From Ginkgo biloba (Eukaryota; Plantae; Ginkgophyta), in assembly GCA_024626585.2 (NCBI GenBank), contig JANKJI020000002.1:19428530-19454288 (forward strand): DNA of 25,759 bases, given 5' to 3'. The notes beneath the pieces are model-generated. The model had not been told where the DNA came from. It ran no database searches and saw nothing but the letters and a program-made list of their open reading frames with translations. Shown here one piece after another: positions 10,675 to 20,537 of the stretch (position 1 is the stretch's first letter; the number at the start of each line of letters is the position of its first letter). The position numbers and the translations under genes were made by a program.

Positions 10675-12560
10675 GTCTGTAATCCCTTCCTTTCTTTGCA
10701 GATCTTGATAAAAACAAACAATCTGTCCGCTTTCTTGCCTTGGTCTCTGTACTAGTCAAATGACCCCATAGTTCAAACCTTATTTTTTTTCTATTTTTTT
10801 TCCTCTTCTCTGAATAGAATACTAATTTCGACTGTATTTGCAAACAGAAGAGGGTTTCACAGAGAGATCAGAAAAATACAAAGAAAAGCTCCAACGGTCA
10901 GCGAACTACCCAATATGCTTTAGATTGTCCGCTACAAGCAGGATTTGATGCTACCAACTCTGTCCCNNNNNNNNNNNNNNNNNNNNNNNNNNNNNNNNNN
11001 NNNNNNNNNNNNNNNNNNNNNNNNNNNNNNNNNNNNNNNNNTTAGCCTCAATGGCATTGGAACCTCCTCACAGAAGCTGTATATATTTCCCAGCCAGATT
11101 ATAGGTCTATCTAGCCGTCACCCTGAAAATGTGTGGGTGTGTGATCAAAAGAAACTATATTGAAGGTCAGACCTTCTATCGCTTTGAATAGCAGCCCACC
11201 CACTTGTCCACCTGTCCAAACTTTGGGCAAAAAACACTTCAAGTATAGAGGTTTATAAATATCCAGGCCTGTCTGACTGCCACCTGTTTATACCTCCANN
11301 NNNNNNNNNNNNNNNNNNNNNNNNNNNNNNNNNNNNNNNNNNNNNNNNNNNNNNNNNNNNNNNNNNNNNNNNNNNNNNNNNNNNNNNNNNNNNNNNNNTA
11401 CTTGTCCATTCACTTTGGGATAATAGGGAGTGGAGTTTCGATGTCGAATGTGATATTATTTTGTAAGTTTATCTATTATTTAATTCACAAAATGATTCCT
11501 ATGGTCACTTACCAATTCATGAGGCATCCCATACCTTGTGAAAATATCTTCATACAAAAATATTATAACATTATTGGTAGTGGCTCGCATCATGGTTTGA
11601 ACCTCAACCCATTTTTTGTAATAATAGTGCAGACCAAGATGTATTGATGGTGCTTTCTCGAAGGAGGCTAAATTGGCCTTATAAAATCAAGTCCCCACTT
11701 ATCGAATGGATATATCATTATAATTGGATGTAATGGCATGGCACCAAATTTAGAGGGATTATTGGCCCACTGTCCTCCTGTGTTCCAAGGGCATCGATGG
11801 CCTTTTTCGGTTGGCTTAACAGTGAAAGTGGGCACAGACATAAATATGGCAGACGAAGGAGTGGCCCATCCCTCTCTTCTCTATCAATTCTCCATGCATG
11901 ACAAAAACAACCCCAAAAAGAAAGGAAGAGGGCAGGAAGATGATGCAAGTCATTGGGAGTTGGAGCAATATACCATGGATTAAAAAACAATATACCATGG
12001 ATAAAATAGTAGAAGGCTATGTATACAATAGGTATTCAACGTCCGTGTGCTCTGTAGACTCTTTCCCCTCCTACTGCACAGACACCTGCTTCAAGTCATC
12101 AATTGAATATTGAAAATTTGACAGTAGAGTAATCTAGGGTTCCCAATAGTCAATGATATGCCCATAGTCATCAACTTTATATTTACGCTAAAAGATTCCA
12201 GATTCTANNNNNNNNNNGATGGTCAGCACTGTAATAGGACTTCACCAACCTATTTGATTTGCAAGCTTTGGAGAGGGCCAGCGATACAGACTGTTTTAAA
12301 TTTCTTCCAAACTTGGAGCTGGAGGGGTGGGCTGTGTATGTGGCAACAATGACTTTGAAAGGACTTTGTCACATGGTGAGGTTGTGGAAACGGAAGAGGG
12401 AAGGTGGACATTAAATGTGGAAGCTTCTTGCAGACTTGAAGGCCAAGTGACTTCACCGATCGATCATACAGACGAGTGATTTTCTTTTTCTTCTTCTGTT
12501 TTGCTTTGCTTTTACTTCTTTGTTTGTTTGTTGGGCGATGTCAGCTTATTCTCACCCCAC
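10675..12560 (-). promoter_or_regulatory. Probable 5' UTR and upstream regulatory region of the SMI1/KNR4-like gene
   Basis: Unique, non-decayed sequence directly upstream of the ATG. TATATA at ~11079, TCP site II-like GGCCCA at 11764 and 11863, GTCCCCAC at 11691, RY motif CATGCATG at 11893. Short motifs only; interrupted by three gaps; TSS unknown. Confidence 0.35.
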
Positions 12561-13769
12561 TACTACCTAACAGCTATTTTATTTCATAAAAACTCTTCCC
12601 ACCTATGATTATTATATTCTTTTTTGAATTACACATTTGATTATATGCTTCTATAAGCATATACGCAAATGTTTATAAAACCCCACATATGCTTATATTA
12701 TCATACCAACTTGCCTACATAACAGGGATNNNNNNNNNNNNNNNNNNNNNNNNNNNNNNNNNNNNNNNNNNNNNNNNNNNNNNNNNNNNNNNNNNNNNNN
12801 NNNNNNNNNNNNNNNNNNNNNNNNNNNTTCATGTGATGTAGTTCTATAATTTATTCTCTCTTTCTTATGTCGGCAATTGTTTGCTTAGTCAACAAGACCC
12901 ATTCTCATTATTCTCCTTTACATGAGACAAAAATATCTTCATCCTTTTACTTTACTTGCAATTGAAAAATCAATGTGTTTAAAATGTAGCTCAATCATGG
13001 CTAGCTCACTTGCTCATCCGTATATTCCTAGTACAAGCCCACCTCATATTTGTCAAAATAAGGGTTGATGATGAAAGATATTATCACACCTTTCTTGTGA
13101 ATCCATATTGGATGATGAAGAACACTTCAAGATGTGGCTAGATATGGGGGAGACCATGAAGTTATCTTCTAATGACAATAAAAATATATGGTGCCTAGAA
13201 ACTCAAGTTACAAAAAGTGCAATCAAATTTGCGTAAATGGAGCTAGAGATTGGACCTACTAGCCCAATATATACCCAACCATTGCATGGAGACATCATAA
13301 ACATAGGTTAGAAAAAACATTATCTCATTCACCGTAAATTGAGGGAAGGATTGGACCCATTAGTCTGACATATATTTCTCATTTAGATGGGACCATCATA
13401 GTCTAATTTATTTGAGAAAATGNNNNNNNNNNNNNNNNNNNNNNNNNNNNNNNNNNNNNNNNNGAAAATATACCATACAAAAAAATGGAAAAAAATATCG
13501 TACCCACTAAGCAAACACACATATCTCTTTTCATGGAACATCATAAACCCATCTTAAAAGTAGCTTGAATATAATAGATCACGTAATTGACAACTATAGT
13601 TTGCCTTAAATCCCTTAAGTAACATGATGATTTTGCATGCCCACTAAGGTGCTTTAAGTGGCAACTTCAAATCAATGTCTATGATACGCCCATACTTTAA
13701 ACCAGAAGCAACATATGCAACAGATTCCAACAAAACCATGTTAGAAAACATGTCACTATTCTAGCCAAT

Positions 13770-14460
13770 GGACAAGTATCAAGCTTTAATGAAAAAACAA
13801 CAATTCAACATCTTCCTCATAGAAGAAACTTGATGCATTATCAAACCTTGAAAGAAATCACTTAAAATAACACTACTACATAGATTTGTTTATATCTATA
13901 AGAACAAATCAGGCAGCTTTTTACAATTGTAAATATGAAAAAGCATATATGGCTGGAATTTGCAAAGTATCATGCAGTTGTCCATGATTACAAATGATAC
14001 TTTAATCAATACACAATCAAGCATTCATGAAAATACAATAAGAGGCTGATACATTTCCTTGAAAAAAAACACTTCCATAATTAATAAAACTTCAAAGAAA
14101 ACATTCCAATTGTCTCTAACAAATCAAACGCCTTTTTACAATTGCAGACATCAAAAAACGTATCTGACGAATGTGTCGAGAATGTGTCGAGTATTTAACG
14201 ACAAGCACAACATAACTGCAAACTACAAGTACGGCGAAACACAATAAGATCTGATGCATTGTCAAGACTTGGGAAGAAAACACACAAGGCATTATCAAGT
14301 CTTGAGAAAAAAGCACGTAATGCATTCTCAAGTCTCGACAAAAATACTTGTGTGTAGTGCATAAATTTGTTGTACCCAATAAAGAACAAAATCAGGAGCA
14401 GCTTTTCACAATTGTTAATTATACATCAGAATGCATATCTGACAGGAATTTGCAGAGTAA
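13770..14460. repeat. Old tandem triplication (~210-270-bp unit) containing a 33-bp sub-repeat
   Basis: AACAAA(A)TCA...C.TTT..ACAATTG anchors with ACAATTG at 13923, 14138 and 14408. A.ACAATAAGA..CTGAT.CATT at ~14033 and ~14239. GCATT.TCAAG.CT at 14256, 14289 and 14322. Confidence 0.75.
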
Positions 14461-16249
14461 TAGGGAAAATTCAATTANNNNNNNNNNNNNNNNNNAAATT
14501 TAGGTGTTTATCTCCACAATAGTCCATGAAATTTCCCATAATGAATTAAAAAATTGTTAATATATTAGGATGTAGTTTGTGTTATATTGATCTATTTTAA
14601 AATTCTTTTAGGTTACTGCATCATGTCTACAACAAAAGGATTTGCATTGGTAAGGTTTGTCTCTTGTTCTCAATAATTGCATTAGAGAATTTATCATGTT
14701 TTAATTAAAAAATATTATAGGAAAGTGCCACTAGGGGATTCATTAAGCTTATCACATTTCAATGTTCTCTGAATAAAAAACGAGACAAAGGTGGTTCACA
14801 AATAGTTTCCATGCCCTACTAAGATGCCATATGTTATGGACAATGTGGTTATTATGCAAGAAGAACCCATAAGCATATGTAATAAGTCCAACAAAAGAAG
14901 AGACCTCTTTGTTATTTAATAAATATCAAAATAGNNNNNNNNNNNNNNNNNNCTAATGTAGATCATCGCTTACCAAAATAATAGAGAATGTAAGCCAATA
15001 TGGTATTTTTAATCACTTAAATAGGGTTTCACGTCTTCAACCTAGATGTAAAGATCATATAGTATGTTAGACCGTGCCCATCCATTTAAAAAGGGCGAAT
15101 GTGTTCAATGTGGGAAATGTAAGTCATCAATGATGATTCCATGAAACTTAACAATTAAATNNNNNNNNNNNNNNNNNNNNNNNNNNNNNNNNNNNNNNNN
15201 NNNNNNNNNNNNNNNNNNNNNNNNNNNNGAAATATGTTTGATTGTTACCAACAAGTGTGAATATCTTTATATTTGGAAATTTATTAGATCAAATGAATGT
15301 GTTCTAAGAAGTTGTCAAAGGAGTAAAGAAAGAAATTCAATGCATTGGAACTACAAGAAATATGTTGCTTATTATTTACACTAACACAATGAATAAATAT
15401 CGCATATGGTTCTTCATTATTGTGTGTAAATATTTTATGTATTTCTATTAAGGAATGGTGACTTACTACACCAGTAGAGAAGGAAACATTATTATACCTA
15501 TCAAAAGATCTGTTATTAGGAAAAATGGCACCTTAAATTATTATCACTTATTTTCCTTATCTCCCTTATTTCAATATAATAGTCCAAAGGTACTACAAGT
15601 AACCTTAGTCAAACCCATAGTTAAGACCTTAGTTTGATCCTAACTATGGTGAAGGGGTGAGAACTTTGATAGTCTTAAATTTGTGTCATCTATCCCCATA
15701 TGAGGAAGAATAGGCCATATGCCCTATCTACACTTGAGGGGTAATTGGTCTTATCCTATATCCCCTNNNNNNNNNNNNNNNNNNNNNNNNNNNNNNNNNN
15801 NNNNNNNNNNNNNNNNNNNNNNNNNNNNNNNNNNNNNNNNNNNNNNNNNNNNNNNNNNNNNNNNNNCCTAAATATATTCTTGCGCACATCTACTACATGC
15901 AATCTTTAATTCTATAGGAAATTCCTCTAAATATTGTAACATAAGTCTAATGAATACACATTTCTCTTTACTCTCTCCTTTTGTTTTCACTCAATGATCT
16001 CTCTAGCATTTCTTCTCACACACTTTACAATTCAAAAAAGTTACAAAATATATACTCTCTAGAGAGGCATAGATCTCCCTTTAGTTAGTTGTATCCATCT
16101 AATCTCCTATCGAAGGTTTCATTAATAATGACCACTAATTTCTATAGAAAACCAAGTTGTAAGTTGCATGAGGACTCATAGCTTTTGTCTAGTAGACCAA
16201 CACTACCCTATTGCCATTAATATTTTTCTCTTGGCCATTGATATGATCA

Positions 16250-16848
16250 ATGCCAAAGCATATCTAGATAGCAAATCTTCCAAAGGGGGTGGAAAAGTAG
16301 GATCCTCATATCCCATGAGAGTTGGTCCAAACATAGGTAATGTTGATGCTTAGATAGAGGAAGCAACACTATATGTATTGGGTGACACCCTCAAGATCTG
16401 TTAAACAGTGAATTTAAAAATATCTTGCTCAAAATAAGACTCTTCATTATGTATTATTGAGGCATTTAAGTCTTGATCCAACCCAATACATTGAATTATA
16501 GGTCCTTCCTCAATAGGAACAACCTAAACTAGTAAAGTAAGAGGTGATGGTAAANNNNNNNNNNTCACTACTCGCTAAATTGGTGACCTAAGTTGAGACA
16601 CTACTAGATGATATGATATATGGCCTAGTCAAGAATGTGTTGGAGGTTCTATTAAGATCAGAGGAGATATTATTAGCATTGATATCAATAAGGAAGGAAT
16701 AAGAGATAGAGTAGTATTAGGCACTGTAATTAATGGGAGAGTTATGGAAGTCCCTACACCAAAGTCTAGATATTATTTGAGTGAGACCTTGGTCAGGTTT
16801 AGTGGTGAGTGACTGCTCTCCATTCTGAATGCTAAATAAGATATAAGG
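16250..16848. repeat. ~600-bp direct repeat, copy 1
   Basis: Colinear with 18363-18957. Shared blocks include ataggtaatgttgat, tgtattgggtgaca.cctcaagatctgt, agtgaatttaaaaatat, agactcttcattatgtattattgagg, tgaattataggtccttcc.caataggaacaacctaaactag and gagtgagacctt. Confidence 0.92.
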
Positions 16849-17737
16849 CATCCAAGTATTTTGTCTCTTGTATTTTTGCCAACCCTTCCAACACTTGAGA
16901 TTACTGTAGGGCCTGATCTAATTCTTTAATAATAAATTATTCCTTTTTCATACTTTAAGAAGCATAAGCTTGCTGGTCCTAAAGGACCCCAATGCATTTT
17001 AGTAAGTTAATAGTCAAAGAAAATGCCTCAATTGATTTTTTCTTGGCTTCCTGGTCTAGGGTCAGCCTTTGATATTGATTAATGAAAGTAGTATATTAAG
17101 TCGTAAGGGGCTCAGATTCTACTCTATGCAACCTAAAATCAATATATATTCTAATAATAACCATTATAAGAGTGGAAACCTTATCCATTCTAGCCTCAAT
17201 AGTTATCTCTCATAAAATTATAGTTGCTTACTCATATTTGACCTTATCATGGGCTAGCACTATGCAATTTCTAACCTCTTACATAAAGGTAGCCAACATT
17301 AACCTAAGTGTATCTCTCTCTTATTAAAGGGATTGGATTTGGGCCTTATACATGTTAATTCTCCCCCTTAGGTAATATGATTCTTTCTTATACTAATCCA
17401 ATTGTACAAGATCCTAAAAATCTAAAGTAGTTGGTGTAGATACTAGGGTAGAAGATAGTGATTTTAATGCATGCTAGTATGGCCTCAATTATTTTGACCC
17501 CTTATATACATATAGTGATACCCCTATGAATAGGAGTGAATCTATAACCTATATATCTTACTTAAGTAATTTGATTGATTTCTCTAGATTAGCCATCTCT
17601 CTCTTGTAAATATTTTCCTAGATGGTTAGCTCATTATCTAGCTCCATGACTCTCTACATGAGTTCCATGGATGAACACACAATGAGTTATCTTATTATAT
17701 GATTTTTCACTGACCCTTTTATGATCTCCAAGGTGGG
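16820..17737 (-). pseudogene. Fossil ~300-codon coiled-coil-like ORF, probably a retroelement accessory ORF
   Basis: One frame with no frameshift needed gives MELM*RVMELDNELTI*ENIYKREMANLEKSIKLLK*DI*, INMYKAQIQSL**ERDTLRLML, QYQRLTLDQEAKKKSIE and IIKELDQALQ*SQVLEGLAKIQE. About 19 stops, readable as deaminated CAA/CAG/CGA. Support is compositional only. Confidence 0.45.
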
Positions 17738-18362
17738 TTAAAATTTCCCCTTTCATTTCTCCTTCACTTTTTGTAGTGATGGGGGTTGAGAGGAGGCTAT
17801 CTAAGTGAGGTTAATTCCATCTTGAAGTGTATCAACTTCATATATTACCAACCATTAATCCCAAGGGACTTGGATGGCCACCAAGGATTAAGAATCAGAG
17901 GCCTCACTAGAGAGGGATGTTTTCATCAATGATGGGATGGAATTCATTATAAATTAGAAACTCATAATAGTTGTTTCCATCTATATTCCCCGTGAATTCC
18001 TTAACAATGAACTCTATATGATTAACAACATAGATGAGGTTTGGCATGCCTAAGAAGAATTCCTAGAGAAACTTGATTACCTATGTTATTTCTCCTATCA
18101 TCTCTTATTATCCCTATCAATAATTACTAACTTATTTGGGACTACTTCCTTTTAGGTGGCTCCAAGGAGCCATGCTCTGCCACTAGAGACATCATGGATC
18201 ATCGAGAAAATATATTATTTACCTTTGGGTCTAATTCGACAACCAAGATTTAAATTTTTATGAATAAAATAGGGCATGGGGAATATGTTTGAATGGTGGA
18301 ATTTGGATCCTAGGATCATGAAGCTACCAAGTGTTGATACCAATCCTATCCAAATGTAGTTG

Positions 18363-18957
18363 ATGCCAAAGCCTCTCTAGATAGTAAAACTTCCAAGGGG
18401 ATGGCGAAGTAGGATAATAATGTCCTATGAGATTTGGTCAAGATATAGGTAATGTTGATTCCTAGCTAGAGGAAGAAACACTAGATGTATTGGGTGACAT
18501 CCTCAAGATCTGTCAAATAGTGAATTTAAAAATATATTGCTCAAAATTAGACTCTTCATTATGTATTATTGAGGAATCTAAGTCCTGAACCATCCCATCA
18601 TATGAATTATAGGTCCTTCCCCAATAGGAACAACCTAAACTAGAAAATCAAGAGGTAATGGTAAAATCACTATTAGTTTAATTAGTGACCTATGTTGAGA
18701 AAATAATAGATGATATGAAATCTAGCCTAGTGAAGAAGGTGTTGGAGGTCTTATTGAGGTCAGAGTATATGTTATTAGCAATGATATCAACAAGGAAAGA
18801 AGAGGAGGTAAAGCAGTACTAGGTGTTGGAATTAATAGGAGAGTTATAGAAGGCCCTAAACTAAATTTTGGATCTTGTTGGAGTGAGACCTTCATCAAGT
18901 TTAGTCATGAGTGAACCTCTACCATTCTCTATTATGAATGCTAAAGAAGATCTAAGG
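18363..18957. repeat. ~600-bp direct repeat, copy 2 (right end lost in the gap at 18962)
   Basis: Offset ~2113 bp from copy 1; roughly three-quarters identical by eye, with many transition differences. Confidence 0.92.
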
Positions 18958-20114
18958 ATTTNNNNNNNNNNNNNNNNNNNNNNNNNNNNNNNNNNNNNNN
19001 NNNNNNNNNNNNNNNNNNNNNNNNNNNNNNNNNNNNNNNNNNNNNNNNNNNNNNNNNNNNNTAGCCTAATTAAATTCTTCTTCCAAGACCAGTAAGGAAA
19101 TCTAAGCCCCCCATTCAACTATGAGGTAGATGGTGAGATCTCCATAAGACAACCTATTTTATAGGATTAAAGAAACCCATAACCTATTAGTAATTATAAT
19201 TATCAATATGGTAAATCCATTCAACTTGCTACATATTTTAGATTCTTTCTTTGCAAGAAATAAAACCTCATAAATCTTAAGTTTATTAATATTTTTTCCT
19301 TCATCAATTTGGTCCACCTTTCACTCATAATTTAGGAGGCCAAGTAGGGATGCGATTATTCTATAATTAATAATCATCCTCTTCTCCCCAATGTGGAGGT
19401 TCCTAGTTAAATATTCTTAAATTATCCATCGATGTTAGATAATCCGTATGGATTATCATCATTTTATCCATATCCACCAATGAATCTATCTGAAGCAACT
19501 TATATTACTTGAAATTTATTCAATTGAATTGAGTAGAAAACTTCTTCCACTCAATAGCCTAGAGGCTTAAGTAATCCTTGACTACCTCCTAAGTTCATAA
19601 GGTCACTGTAGTTGTTAATTATTTGATAATGAGTATCACCTTCTTCTAATATTTGTAACTTTAATTCATTGAACTCTTCCACTATTTACTTAAGGCTAGT
19701 TTCATTATTTTCCTTCACTTAACACTCTTAGTGCATTCTATGTGCAAAATAAGCTTTGAATCTATGAAGGAGAACTTTTATAATCTAATTAAATGGTTAT
19801 AGTGCCTAAAAATTTAAGTGCATTGAATATTGCTACCAACCCCATGAACCCTCATATTATTAATTATTTATTCTACTAGTGGCTAGGGAATCCTAGAGGG
19901 TAATCATTCTTCTCTTAATATCCTACTAATTCAATATACATGTAATATCTTAACTCCCAAGAATGGTCTATAATCATTACTGATCATGCATGCCATCTTA
20001 GCCTATAATCATTTGCATCAAGAATAGGGTGAGGTAGCTAACATATATGTTAATGGCATTAGGTTAGTTTTATCCCTTTTGGTAGGCATAAAATGTTATC
20101 AAATAACCTCCTCG

Positions 20115-20537
20115 GCTCTTGGTGAGTTGATATGAACCAACTAGCGAAGGGAATATATATTCTCTAGATTCCTTAATTTCTTGGCTAATGAGAATTACTT
20201 AACTAGGGAAGGGAATATATGGTATAGGTTGATTGGTGGATGATGTTATCAAGCACTTTCCTAGTCCTTAGTGAGCTAGAGTGACCCAACTAGAGAAGAA
20301 AAGGCATATTCCCTAATTCTTTAGCCACTGGAAAGTGATTGACTAGGAAAGGGAATACATGGTGGTAATTGATTGGTGGAGTGTCTTGTCAGGTATTTCA
20401 TTAGTCTCTAGTGAATTGGAGTGACCTAAATAGAGAAGAGAAAGTATATTCCTTGGATTCCCTAATTTCTTAGCTAATGAAAAGTGGTCAACTAGGGAAG
20501 GGAATATATGGTGGCCCATCCAATTGATGGAGTGTCT
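20115..20537. repeat. Degenerate tandem array, ~140-149-bp unit with two related sub-units; continues into gap
   Basis: CTAGG(G/A)AAGGGAATA(T/C)ATGGT at 20203, 20343 and 20492. Related TAG.GAAG... motifs at 20141, 20290 and 20431, each preceded by GTGA(G/A)..G...GA.C.AA. Confidence 0.85.

Noticed and set aside
11718-12456. Cluster of 60-90-aa ORFs on both strands
   Set aside because: Mutually overlapping with no family motifs; expected by chance in a GC-richer non-coding block.
20141-20520. CRISPR-like appearance of the recurring CTAGGGAAGGGAATATAT motif
   Set aside because: The intervening sequences are homologous to each other rather than unique spacers; eukaryotic context; no cas genes.
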